Part shown: one piece after another, positions 6,830 to 16,181 of the stretch | Layout of the letters: every line of letters begins with the position of its first letter | Numbering within the stretch: the stretch's first letter is position 1 | Assembly: GCA_001790095.1 (NCBI GenBank) | Contig: MGBH01000001.1 | Coordinates: 150,001 to 182,000 of the forward strand | Direction: 5' to 3' | Origin: Candidatus Saccharimonadota bacterium | GTDB taxonomy: Bacteria > Patescibacteriota > Microgenomatia > UBA1406 > GWC2-37-13 | Length of the DNA stretch: 32,000 nucleotides | The notes under the pieces: model-generated | What the model was told of the DNA's origin: nothing | Databases searched by the model: none | Seen by the model: only the letters and a program-made list of their open reading frames with translations | Made by a program: the position numbers and the translations under genes

Positions 6830-8515
6830 AGAGAGATAAGCTATTCTTCCCCTTATCGTCTCCCTTCCATTCCATTTATTTATATCCAGGCTATATATGA
6901 CTGAAACGGTCTGTGCTTTTGAGACATCTTTAAATTCCTCAGCTTTATAAAAAGTTATAAGTTCCATTGGGAAGGAGTTTGTATGTGCGTCTTTGACAAG
7001 CAGTTTTACATGTTCACTCTTTTTTCCAAACAGTTTTTTTTCAAGGATTAAAACATCGCTCAAAAAAGTCGGATTTGAATTTCCTATTCCGAACGGAGCA
7101 AGTTTTTCTATCTGCTTTGCCAGCGTGAGATTGATTTTAGACAAGGGGATCTTAAGATCTGCTACGAACCTTTTTTCAAAATCCTCCTCCACGGTCTGCT
7201 TCTTTATTTCTTTATCAACATTTTTTACAAAGGCTTCTTTTTGTTTTTCATCGATGGAAAAACCAGCTGCTCCGCGGTGGCCTCCTACACTTATAAGATA
7301 CTTATCCATTGATCTTAAAAAATTAGTTATATGGAAATCGTTTATCGATCTTGCAGATCCCTTCCAGAACCCGTCAGATTTTGTCATAGCGATAGTCGGA
7401 CGACTATAAGTATCAGCTATTTTAGAGGCGATGAGTCCTATAATGCCTTCATTCCAATCGGGCTTTTCTAATATGATAAAAAGCGGTAGCTTGGCTTTCT
7501 TTTTTTCCATGCGTTGGACCATAACAATTGCATCTTTGACAGAAGCTATGACAAGGTCCTGTCTTTCTTTATTGGTTTTACCTATTTTTGTTGCGATATC
7601 TGCAGCCTGTTTGTCATTATGAGTACATAGTAGGCGCAAAGCATCAAGGGCATGCTCAAGTCTTCCAACGGCATTGATCCGAGGGGCAATAATGAATCCG
7701 ACCTCATAAGGAGTAATCTCTTTGTCCGGCACAATACCCGCCTCTTTTATGATGTGGCGTATTCCACTTCTTCTCGTATCCTTAAACGCACGCAAGCCAT
7801 GATACACGACACTTCGAGAGGGTCCGACCAAAGGAACCATATCTGCAATCGTTCCTATTGTGGCAAGAGTAAGATAGTCGCTTTGAAAATAAGTAGCAAG
7901 ACGTTGTTTTTCTGCTGTTTTCTTAAAATGATAGTAGATCTCCTTTGAAAAGAAATAAGAGACTCCCGAACCCGAAAGATCTGGGATGTGAAATATTGCT
8001 TCAGCTTCGGTTGGAGGGTTACTTGGTTTCAGATGATGATCAGTTACGATGATCTTAATGCCGAGAGAGGTTGCGTATGTGATCTCTTTTGCTCCACTTA
8101 TACCATGATCCACACTGATTATGAGCTTTGGATTGAATTCCTTTTTAACCCGATCAATCCCTTTTTTTGAAAAACCATATCCTTCTGTTTTGCGATGGGG
8201 GACATAGGGCATTACATTAAATCCGAGTAGGTGCAGAGTCTCCCAAAGGATGGTACCTCCCGTGATCCCGTCGGCATCATAGTCTGTATAGACAACGATT
8301 CTAGCCCCTTCTTGTTTTATCACTTCAAGAAGCTTGAGAGTTTTTTGCAGTTCTTTTTTAAAACCAAATTTAGTTAAAGAAATATCAAGAGGTGAAAGGG
8401 GGAAAAGGAATTCGGTGCGGTCTTTAATATTTCTGTTTTTTAAGATGATGTCTATTATCTCCTGATTTGTTGCTTTGTCTGTCTGTTTTATCTCTTTTTT
8501 CCACGTAATTTTCAT
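6821..8515 (-). CDS. recJ: Single-stranded-DNA-specific exonuclease RecJ
   Basis: DHH-family motifs are present in order: VVYTDYDADGITGG, ISVDHGISG, IVTDHH, and the DHHA1 motif GGHRGAAGFS. The length of 564 aa is typical. Confidence 0.95.
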   Translation of the reverse strand: MKITWKKEIKQTDKATNQEIIDIILKNRNIKDRTEFLFPLSPLDISLTKFGFKKELQKTLKLLEVIKQEGARIVVYTDYDADGITGGTILWETLHLLGFNVMPYVPHRKTEGYGFSKKGIDRVKKEFNPKLIISVDHGISGAKEITYATSLGIKIIVTDHHLKPSNPPTEAEAIFHIPDLSGSGVSYFFSKEIYYHFKKTAEKQRLATYFQSDYLTLATIGTIADMVPLVGPSRSVVYHGLRAFKDTRRSGIRHIIKEAGIVPDKEITPYEVGFIIAPRINAVGRLEHALDALRLLCTHNDKQAADIATKIGKTNKERQDLVIASVKDAIVMVQRMEKKKAKLPLFIILEKPDWNEGIIGLIASKIADTYSRPTIAMTKSDGFWKGSARSINDFHITNFLRSMDKYLISVGGHRGAAGFSIDEKQKEAFVKNVDKEIKKQTVEEDFEKRFVADLKIPLSKINLTLAKQIEKLAPFGIGNSNPTFLSDVLILEKKLFGKKSEHVKLLVKDAHTNSFPMELITFYKAEEFKDVSKAQTVSVIYSLDINKWNGRETIRGRIAYLSLL

Positions 8516-8522
8516 ACGGTTT

Positions 8523-8531
8523 ATTGTAACA
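8523..8531 (-). promoter_or_regulatory. Extended -10 box (TGtTACAAT on the minus strand), 7 nt upstream of the recJ ATG
   Basis: The minus strand reads ttTGtTACAATaaaccgtATG. Confidence 0.55.
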
Positions 8532-8548
8532 AAATAAAAAATTCATTT

Positions 8549-8557
8549 TGATATCAT
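8549..8557 (+). promoter_or_regulatory. Extended -10 box TGaTATCAT, 6 nt upstream of the rmuC ATG
   Basis: The plus strand reads ttTGaTATCATatatgtATG. Confidence 0.55.
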
Positions 8558-8563
8558 ATATGT

Positions 8564-9646
8564 ATGCTTATTATTATCGCCGCAATCATCATAGGGACTA
8601 TAGTTGCTGTAATTGTGGGAATAATAGTAACCAACTTTATTTTAAAGTCAGCGCTTCCTGATTTTACCAAGTCTTCAAACGAACAGGTAATCATGATGGC
8701 TAAAGAACAGCTAAAATCAGAGAAACAAGATATTAAAACAGATCTTGACAATAAGAAAGAGATTATCGAAGAATTGGTAAAACGTATTCATGAAGAGCTC
8801 AAGGAAAGTGATGAGAGATTGAGAAATGCCGAGGAAAAACGCATTGGGTCATTTGGCGAATTAAAAGAAGCCATAAAAGGTCAAAGCAAATTAACCGATC
8901 AGCTAAGGATTACCACTGAAAGTTTGAGCAAAGTTTTGTCCAGTAATCAAATGAGGGGACAATGGGGTGAAAAAGTGGCTGGGGACCTTTTAGAAATGAA
9001 TGGATTTGTAAGGGGCCAGAACTATGAGTTCAATAAAGAACAAGATACAGGGAGAAGGCCTGATTTTACTATCTTTTTGCCTAATAAAGCAAAAATAAAT
9101 GTAGATGCAAAATTTCCCTACCAGAATCTAAAAAAAATGACGGAAACAACCGATGTTTCAGTAAAAGCTGATCTAAAAAAAATGTTTGAGCGGGACGTAA
9201 GAGAAAAGATAAAACAAGTGACCACGCGGGATTATATTAATCCAGAGGATAATACGGTTGATTTTGTTATTTTATTTATTCCAAATGAAATGGTATTTTC
9301 ATTTATTTATGAAAGTATGAGTGATGTCTGGGTTGAGGCTATGAGACAAAAAGTGATTTTGGCTGGACCTTTTACCTTCACGGCAATTTTACGCATGGTA
9401 AGTCAAGCGTATCAGAATTTTAAGTATCAAAAAAACGTACAAAAAATCATCGGACATATTAAGATGTTTGTCCAAGAATTTGATAAATATAATGAAGAGT
9501 TTGATAAGATCGGAGAACGCATAGACTCTCTTACCAAACAATACAATGTAGTAAAAACGACACGAAGCAACCAGTTAATGAAAACGGCAGAAAAAGTAAA
9601 ATTGGAAGAAGGTGACAAAACAATAGAACAACCCCTCTTAGACTAA
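8564..9646 (+). CDS. rmuC: DNA recombination protein RmuC
   Basis: An N-terminal TM helix and a coiled-coil region are followed by the RmuC nuclease-like core (RPDFTIFLPNKAKINVDAKFP...FVILFIPNE...). Confidence 0.9.
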   Translation: MLIIIAAIIIGTIVAVIVGIIVTNFILKSALPDFTKSSNEQVIMMAKEQLKSEKQDIKTDLDNKKEIIEELVKRIHEELKESDERLRNAEEKRIGSFGELKEAIKGQSKLTDQLRITTESLSKVLSSNQMRGQWGEKVAGDLLEMNGFVRGQNYEFNKEQDTGRRPDFTIFLPNKAKINVDAKFPYQNLKKMTETTDVSVKADLKKMFERDVREKIKQVTTRDYINPEDNTVDFVILFIPNEMVFSFIYESMSDVWVEAMRQKVILAGPFTFTAILRMVSQAYQNFKYQKNVQKIIGHIKMFVQEFDKYNEEFDKIGERIDSLTKQYNVVKTTRSNQLMKTAEKVKLEEGDKTIEQPLLD

Positions 9647-10600
9647 TCCTCCGCCTTTAAAGATCTTTGGCTTAAGCCAATCTTGAGGAGCTGGAGATCC
9701 TTCTTTTGTTTGAGCAGCGCTTCCTTTTTCAACTACGTCAATAGTTCCACCAGTTCTTTGTTCAAATGCAGGCTGCACAGATGGAGCAGGATTAAAAGAC
9801 TTTGTAGGATTCACGTGCGACTGTTGGAATGTATTTTGAAAAGCTCCTCCAGCAGGCTTGTATGTTTTTTTAATAGCGCCGTTTTTTAAAAGCAAAGCAA
9901 CTGTTTCAAATGTCTCTGCGTTTACTGAATAAGCGGTAAAGTTGTTGGTAGCAGAGGCAATACCTGCGTAGAGGTTGGTTGCAATATCTTTATCAAGCTC
10001 AATCTGCATTGATTGAAGTGTTTTGAGTATAAGCTCGCTCGTTGAAGAGCTTGTTTTATTTACAAAATTAACTGTTCCAAAAAAACCATTAGTGAGATGA
10101 CGATCAATATTTACGATGTTTTTACTCTGAAACATTGTTTGATTTTCAAGATAAAGTGATCCGATACTATTTAAATTGGGGACATCGACTGTGACAATAA
10201 AGTCAAAAGTGCCTCCCGTGTATGAATATGTTACTTGATTTGGGTTAAGCTTGGGGAATCCAGGACGTGGAGATATAGTCAGATTAAAAAATTGTCCCTG
10301 GATATTGTAGTCGATTTTATCGATTGAACCATCCGCATAAGGAAATGAGACCACTAAGTTGTCACCTCCTACAGAGAGATTTGATTTAATTTTATCTGAC
10401 GCTAAAAGGTCGTTTTGAATTGGTGAAGAACAAACAAGATTGACGGTTTTACCTGCCTTAATAAGGCCAAGATATAGCGAAGTTGCGGCTGCAATTGCAT
10501 CGACCGTAGGGTTTTGGGGAAGAACAATAATACCCGTTGATCCTTTACTGAGGACATCAACTACTTTAGTTGTGGTTTGTGGGTTGGTATTAGGAAACAT
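9638..10600 (-). CDS. NrnA-like DHH-domain protein with degenerate catalytic motifs and a low-complexity C-terminal tail (320 aa)
   Basis: It is collinear by eye with DHH motifs I-IV, but the key residues are replaced: motif I DxD becomes TVD (NPTVDAIAA); motif II is retained (VTVDVPN); motif III DHH becomes DRH (NIDRHL); motif IV GDTGxF becomes SATNNF. No DHHA1 GGGH motif is present. The last ~80 aa are rich in Pro, Gln, Gly and Ala. Confidence 0.55.
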   Translation of the reverse strand: MFPNTNPQTTTKVVDVLSKGSTGIIVLPQNPTVDAIAAATSLYLGLIKAGKTVNLVCSSPIQNDLLASDKIKSNLSVGGDNLVVSFPYADGSIDKIDYNIQGQFFNLTISPRPGFPKLNPNQVTYSYTGGTFDFIVTVDVPNLNSIGSLYLENQTMFQSKNIVNIDRHLTNGFFGTVNFVNKTSSSTSELILKTLQSMQIELDKDIATNLYAGIASATNNFTAYSVNAETFETVALLLKNGAIKKTYKPAGGAFQNTFQQSHVNPTKSFNPAPSVQPAFEQRTGGTIDVVEKGSAAQTKEGSPAPQDWLKPKIFKGGGLV

Positions 10601-10601
10601 A

Positions 10602-12059
10602 TTATAGGATACATTTTACCATATCACCTACTCTAATGTCAAGTGGAGGAGAGAATACCATACCTGACTCTTGGTCCTTTTTGACCTCCTGAACCTTCTT
10701 TGCACGTACTTGAAGGGATACAAGACGAGTTTTTCCTATAAGATTGTCATTACGATGTAATTGGAGCTCGTCTCCTGCCGTAATTTTTCCTTTAACCATC
10801 TTTACTCCAAACACTTTTTCCCCCTCTATTGTGAATAAAGCAAGGACTTTAGCCTCTCCTTTGAGGCTTTTTTCTTGCTCTTCTTTTTCCTGTAGAAGAT
10901 CGGCTACTTCATTGAGTTCATCAAGCAGCTCATAAATCACGGAATAGGTCTTGATAATAACCTTTTCTTGTTTACTTAGATCTTTTGTCTCAGGATCGGG
11001 CTTGACATTGAAACCTATCACAATCGCCCTTGTAGTTTTGGCAAGAAAAACATCGGATTTATGAATATCTCCAACAGCACTTAAAAGGATATCTACGTGC
11101 TCATTTTTTGACAAAGCCGCGTTTATAGCTTCAAGTGACCCTTGGGAATCTGACTTGATAACAAGGCTCAGTTTTTTTTCTTCTTTTGGAGTTGCCATGA
11201 TTTGTGCAAGGTCAAATTTTGCGTCGACATTCGAAGATATAGGTGTTGTAGTTTCGGCCTCTTTTTGTTCAGGGGTTGTTGATATGGTTGAACCTACCTC
11301 GGGGGTTTTTTCAAACCCAAGCAGCTCAAAAGGTGTTGATGGAGAAACAGAACTAACTTGTTGACCCTTATCATTTATAAGAGATCTGATACGCGCTTTT
11401 TTCTCTTGTGCATATACTATATCTCCAACAGTTAATATACCATCTTTTATAATGGCGCTTAAGACAATTCCTCTTCTATCCTTTTTTGTCTCAATGATGT
11501 AGGCTTTGGGTGATGCATCTTTATCATATTGGAGTTTTTTGTCTGATGCGATAAAAAGGATAGTTTCTAAAAGGTCATCAACTCCTTTACCCGTCTTTGC
11601 AGATAGGGGAGTAACTGGAACATCTCCACCTTTTCCCTCAACCAAGACTTCATATTTCAACAGATCATTCTTTATTTTTTCTGGGTTAGCATCTTCAAGA
11701 TCAATTTTGTTTATCGCAACAATGAATGGAATATTAGCCGATTTTATATGGGAGATAGATTCAATAGTTTGAGGCATAAGGGAATCACGAGCATCAACGA
11801 TCAATATTGCGATATCTGCGACATTTGCCCCTCTTGCTCGAAGAAGTGAAAAAGCTTCATGACCGGGCGTATCAATAAAAGTGATCTTGTTTATGGAATA
11901 TCCTTTTATGTGTGTTTCAACCTCGTAGGCTCCAATTTTCTGAGTTATACCTCCGTGTTCACCACTTGCGATATGGGATTTACGAATATAGTCAAGGAGC
12001 GTAGTTTTACCGTGATCTACGTGTCCTAGAATTGCAACAACAGGCGATCTTGATGGCAT
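10602..12059 (-). CDS. infB: Translation initiation factor IF-2, short form that starts at the G domain
   Basis: G motifs are present: GHVDHGKT at residues 12-19, then DTPGH and NKID. The C-terminal domains (VIKSDSQGSLEAI..., GDIHKSDV) are also present. Only 485 aa. Confidence 0.95.
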   Translation of the reverse strand: MPSRSPVVAILGHVDHGKTTLLDYIRKSHIASGEHGGITQKIGAYEVETHIKGYSINKITFIDTPGHEAFSLLRARGANVADIAILIVDARDSLMPQTIESISHIKSANIPFIVAINKIDLEDANPEKIKNDLLKYEVLVEGKGGDVPVTPLSAKTGKGVDDLLETILFIASDKKLQYDKDASPKAYIIETKKDRRGIVLSAIIKDGILTVGDIVYAQEKKARIRSLINDKGQQVSSVSPSTPFELLGFEKTPEVGSTISTTPEQKEAETTTPISSNVDAKFDLAQIMATPKEEKKLSLVIKSDSQGSLEAINAALSKNEHVDILLSAVGDIHKSDVFLAKTTRAIVIGFNVKPDPETKDLSKQEKVIIKTYSVIYELLDELNEVADLLQEKEEQEKSLKGEAKVLALFTIEGEKVFGVKMVKGKITAGDELQLHRNDNLIGKTRLVSLQVRAKKVQEVKKDQESGMVFSPPLDIRVGDMVKCIL

Positions 12060-12099
12060 AGTTTCTCAATAAAATAATTAAATGAAAACACACGCTTTA

Positions 12100-13080
12100 T
12101 TATGCTTTTGGTTTTTTTTCAACTGCCGCAGGTTTGGTTTGGACAATATCCAGAGCGTAGCCGGTAAGTCGTGAAGCTAAATTGACATTCACGCCTCCTT
12201 TTCCAATTGCAAGGGGAGCCTGTGCTTCATCTACGGTGATCTTAGCTCGTTTTGCTTCTCTATCAACCTCAACGTCAAGTACTTTGGCTGGCGAAAGAGC
12301 AGCTATAATAAAAAGCTTGTCATCTTTATTCCATTGGATGATATCAATTTTTTCTTTTCCCTCAAACTCATCGGTAACAGTTTGAACTCTCACTCCTTTT
12401 TGACCGACACATGCGCCAACAGGATCAACGGCTCCATGTATGCTTGCAACCGCAATCTTTGCCCGCTCACCAGGTTCACGAACTGTTTTCTTTATCACAA
12501 CAGTATTGTTGCTAATCTCCGGAACTTCTCTTTTGAACAGTTCTTCGATCAAACGCGGATCTGTGCGGGATATGAGGATACGAGGATTACCAAACTTATC
12601 ATCGGCTATTTCTTTTAGATATACAACAAGTGAGTTATTTACCGAATAATCTTCTCCTTTGATCTGTTCTTCACGAGGCAAAACTGCCTCAGTTTTTCCT
12701 ATATCCATGTGTGCGTTATATCCATCAAAGCGAATAATACGTCCACGAATGGCTGAACCAACTTGTCCCTTGTAATGACTGATGACAGTGCGTTTTTCAG
12801 CTTCGCGTATTTTTTGAAGAATGACTTGCTTAGCTGTTTGAGCGGCAATTCTTCCAAAACCGGGAGGAGTAATATCTTTTTTATCTTTATAAATCTTTGA
12901 CTCACCAGTCTCGCGATTAAGCTTAGCTATAAGTTCTTCTTCCTCTTTTCCTGGATACTCCTTTTTATATGCGGCAACAAGGGCTAATTCAATACTAGCA
13001 ATAACCTCATCGGGTGAGATTCCACGTTCTCCAGCTACTTGGTTTAGAGCTAATGAAAACTCTGTTTTTATTATTGTCAT
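12100..13080 (-). CDS. nusA: Transcription termination/antitermination factor NusA (no C-terminal AR repeats)
   Basis: It has the NusA N-terminal domain (LALNQVAGERGISPDEVIASIELALVAAYKK), an S1 domain (GRIIRFDGYNAHMDIG) and two KH domains (GACVGQKGVRVQ, AIGKGGVNVNLASRLTG). Confidence 0.95.
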   Translation of the reverse strand: MTIIKTEFSLALNQVAGERGISPDEVIASIELALVAAYKKEYPGKEEEELIAKLNRETGESKIYKDKKDITPPGFGRIAAQTAKQVILQKIREAEKRTVISHYKGQVGSAIRGRIIRFDGYNAHMDIGKTEAVLPREEQIKGEDYSVNNSLVVYLKEIADDKFGNPRILISRTDPRLIEELFKREVPEISNNTVVIKKTVREPGERAKIAVASIHGAVDPVGACVGQKGVRVQTVTDEFEGKEKIDIIQWNKDDKLFIIAALSPAKVLDVEVDREAKRAKITVDEAQAPLAIGKGGVNVNLASRLTGYALDIVQTKPAAVEKKPKA

Positions 13081-13110
13081 AGATATGTTAATTCCAGCGA
13101 TAATAAACGA

Positions 13111-13845
13111 TTATTTCTTTGCCGGTTCTTTCTTTTCTTTCTCAGCTTGTGGTGCTTTTTCTACTGCTCCTGGTTTTTTTGTTTCATCAGTTACTTCTGT
13201 TTCTTCAGCCTTGGCCGTAATAACTTCTGGAGCTGCTACTGCTGCTGTTTCGGCAACGATGCTTTCTTCTTTGTGTGCGGTGACTGATACAATTACCTTT
13301 CCAGGATCAGTTGTAATGACGTACGTGTTTGTTTTCGATAAATCGCCAACTTTTATGTCTGTTCCTAGTTCTTTCAAGGAAGAAATGTCAACTTCAATTG
13401 TAGTTGGAATATCTTGAGGGAGAGCTTCCACAGAAAGGTGAGAAGATTGAGTGAGAAGTACTCCACCTTTTTGAGTAACAGCTTCTGATGTCCCAATTAC
13501 TTTTACAGGGACCTCAGCGATGATTTTCTTGGATAGATCGACCTTTCTGAAATCAACATGGACAACGCTTGAGTTGATCGGATGTCTCTGGATATGCTTT
13601 ATCATCACAGGGATCTCATCTTTATCAAGTTTAAGGTATACGATTCCCGTTTCATGGACGATCTTATATACATGGGTGAAGTCTGCGTACTTGACACTGA
13701 CTGCTGTTGATTTGAAATCATTTCCAAAAATATTGCCAGGTAGATTACCTTCTTTTCTCAATTTTTTAACTTTTTTACCCAGCACTGTTCGTGTAACAGT
13801 ATTAAGTGTGACTTGGTTTGTGGTTTGTTTTTCGCCTTTTTTCAT
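13111..13845 (-). CDS. rplY: Ribosomal protein bL25, long Ctc form
   Basis: It shows KKLRKEGNLPGNIFG...IQRHPINSSVVHVDFRKVD, the second beta-barrel domain, and a charged Lys/Glu/Ala tail. Confidence 0.9.
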   Translation of the reverse strand: MKKGEKQTTNQVTLNTVTRTVLGKKVKKLRKEGNLPGNIFGNDFKSTAVSVKYADFTHVYKIVHETGIVYLKLDKDEIPVMIKHIQRHPINSSVVHVDFRKVDLSKKIIAEVPVKVIGTSEAVTQKGGVLLTQSSHLSVEALPQDIPTTIEVDISSLKELGTDIKVGDLSKTNTYVITTDPGKVIVSVTAHKEESIVAETAAVAAPEVITAKAEETEVTDETKKPGAVEKAPQAEKEKKEPAKK

Positions 13846-13847
13846 AT

Positions 13848-16151
13848 TTATTCTTTCAGCAGTTCGACAAAAAAAATTTTATCTGCTGATAACTCAGTAT
13901 TATAGAGGATGCGATTATTTTTAACAAGAGCAGAAAAATTCTGATTAGCTAAAAACATATTCGGAGGAAGTGTGATTTCAAGACTCATATCGTTATTGAT
14001 GGATCCAATCTGCTTTTGAAAAAGAAGCTGATATATTGATTTGCCTTTTTTAAATCCTTTGAGAGAGTGGTATTCAATCACGATCTCTCTTGCTGATTGT
14101 ATGGGAATCTCAAAAAAAAAGCCGACTTTTTTAAACTGACCAATCTCCTGATCATAACTTGAAAGAGGCTCCTCGCCGATTGCAATCCTTGTGACTACAG
14201 AGTCACGAGGAATAAGAATTTGAAAGTAATTACGGTATGCCCCACCAGGAAATATGTCTTGAAGCGATTCGTTCTTGAACTTTATATGCAGTTTACTGTT
14301 GATAATACCGTCTGAATCAATGTTTATCTTGACCTCAGTTATACGGTTTACAAAAAAATTTGCCTTGTTAACACCAAGATTTGCATCATAGGGAAATTGA
14401 AAATCGGTATAACAATTATCAATGTTTGGAGGACAGTGAGGTTCAATGATGCGGCCAGACCAATAAAATGAGTCAATCATTTTTTGGAGCTCTTCTTCTT
14501 CAATATAAAAAGCGAGCTGTTTTTCCTCAGCTGATTTAAATATTTGACTCATAAGTTCACTCTCCGAGACAGTCTCTAAATTCACTAACAGCTGCCTGGT
14601 GAGAGCAGAAAGAAAACTTTTTTTTTGTGTTGAGCCCGGAAAAAAATCCTTTTCTGCATATAGCTGAGTTTTGAGGTAGAAATTGCCTGAATTTATTTTT
14701 TCATTGAAGTCAGGTAAGTATAAGTCTCCAAATGCAGCGAGCATATTTTTAATTGCAGTGGTTGTGATTAGGATACCGCCGGAAAAATCGGTTAACTGCT
14801 TTTCTTTGTCAAGAAAAAATTTAGCCTGAAAGTAATTTTCGTAGAAATCAGGTGAAAATGCGGAATCTCGCAAAAACCAATGAGGTTGAGCAAGATAGTC
14901 TCTGATTGCATCAGGTGGTTTTATATGAGCAGTAAGTTGACCATCTGCATCATATACGTCATATACCTCAATTCCTTCAAACGTAAGGTCTTTCAGGGTA
15001 AGGATTCCATAGGAGCCGATAAATCCACCCCCAGGACGCAGTTCCATATTGTTGGCAAAAAGGAGTAAGTACTTTTTTTCTCCTTTTTGTGCCATCAGAC
15101 TTGGAAGATAGAAAGCTATCTTTTTTAACTTTGCAATCATACCCGAGGTTGTCGTCAGTTTTTCTTTATATTTTTTGAATATTGAGATCTGAGAAGGGAT
15201 TTTTTGATTAAGGAAAACAAGATTGCTTTCAAGGATCGAAAGTGAGTCTCTGGAAGATTCAAGGAGATATGTCAACTGTTTTTTCTGTGCATCTGATTTA
15301 TTTTTATTGAGGAAGAGGATAAAGGTTTCATGATAATCTTCTTCCAGATTCTTTGCAGTATGTACGATGCTGAGTATTTTTTCATGTACGGCAAAAAGGT
15401 CATCCGGTGTTTGAGCAATTGAAAAAAGGAGAAATGTGGGTCGTGCGAAGGCATACATTTTTTTGGATATGAGGATAGGGCTTTCACTTTGCTTGATGAG
15501 ATTTGCCGCTCCACGGTAATCATTTGATTGTATTTTATGCATTGCTTGATATACAAAATACCCCCCGTATAGAAGAGGCGGGATAAAGGCGGAGTGATAG
15601 ACAAAAACAAGAGCTACTGCGATAAGGGTAATGTTTTTTTTGCTGATAAGTTTTTCAATAAATAGATAAAAACGGTAATAAGCTGGAGATCTCATTTTTG
15701 TAGTAGGTGAAAGAGGGAGAGCTTTAGGCTTTGAAGGGATAATGTTTATTGACAAAAAGGTTTCTTTTGATTTAGAGATACTAAACCATACTATGTCTTC
15801 AACATGATGAGGATCATATATTTGAGAGTATGGACAGACGATTATTTTTATTCGTTCCAACTTCTTTTGCTGCATATTCCGCATAATCTCATCAGCTTTC
15901 TTTCGATTCGCTACAATGAATATGATATTTTTCCAGTCACCAAAACGCTTTGTTTTTTGTATGAAAGTTCTTTCGTTTATAAAAAAACAATAATCAAACA
16001 TTGCAATCGATTTTGGAATCTTTGGGGAAATATAAACATCATTATCAAACTTTTTGAAATATGTTTTGAGTAGTGAGACAAGCGCATTGTTTCCTTCGCT
16101 CACAATAAGAATTTTTTGACGAGATGAAATGGGGCTTGATTTATGAATCAT
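13848..16151 (-). CDS. DUF4012-domain membrane protein (767 aa)
   Basis: A cytoplasmic N-terminal domain of about 170 aa is followed by a TM helix (ITLIAVALVFVYHSAFIPPLLY). Next comes the characteristic DUF4012 core, LLLFANNMELRPGGGFIGSYGIL...YDVYDADG. Confidence 0.8.
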   Translation of the reverse strand: MIHKSSPISSRQKILIVSEGNNALVSLLKTYFKKFDNDVYISPKIPKSIAMFDYCFFINERTFIQKTKRFGDWKNIIFIVANRKKADEIMRNMQQKKLERIKIIVCPYSQIYDPHHVEDIVWFSISKSKETFLSINIIPSKPKALPLSPTTKMRSPAYYRFYLFIEKLISKKNITLIAVALVFVYHSAFIPPLLYGGYFVYQAMHKIQSNDYRGAANLIKQSESPILISKKMYAFARPTFLLFSIAQTPDDLFAVHEKILSIVHTAKNLEEDYHETFILFLNKNKSDAQKKQLTYLLESSRDSLSILESNLVFLNQKIPSQISIFKKYKEKLTTTSGMIAKLKKIAFYLPSLMAQKGEKKYLLLFANNMELRPGGGFIGSYGILTLKDLTFEGIEVYDVYDADGQLTAHIKPPDAIRDYLAQPHWFLRDSAFSPDFYENYFQAKFFLDKEKQLTDFSGGILITTTAIKNMLAAFGDLYLPDFNEKINSGNFYLKTQLYAEKDFFPGSTQKKSFLSALTRQLLVNLETVSESELMSQIFKSAEEKQLAFYIEEEELQKMIDSFYWSGRIIEPHCPPNIDNCYTDFQFPYDANLGVNKANFFVNRITEVKINIDSDGIINSKLHIKFKNESLQDIFPGGAYRNYFQILIPRDSVVTRIAIGEEPLSSYDQEIGQFKKVGFFFEIPIQSAREIVIEYHSLKGFKKGKSIYQLLFQKQIGSINNDMSLEITLPPNMFLANQNFSALVKNNRILYNTELSADKIFFVELLKE

Positions 16152-16169
16152 AGTTAAAGATTGTTATAC

Positions 16170-16175
16170 TATAAT
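16170..16175 (+). promoter_or_regulatory. -10 box TATAAT, 6 nt upstream of the ATG at 16182
   Basis: The plus strand reads tacTATAATactacaATG. An alternative TGtTATACT lies at 16162-16170. The box sits inside the TTG-extended ORF of the track, which argues for the ATG start. Confidence 0.5.
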
Positions 16176-16181
16176 ACTACA

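Noticed and set aside
16161-16181. TTG-start extension of the cytidylyltransferase ORF
   Set aside because: The extension contains the TATAAT box itself. The ATG at 16182 sits at the same 6-nt spacing seen at other promoters.
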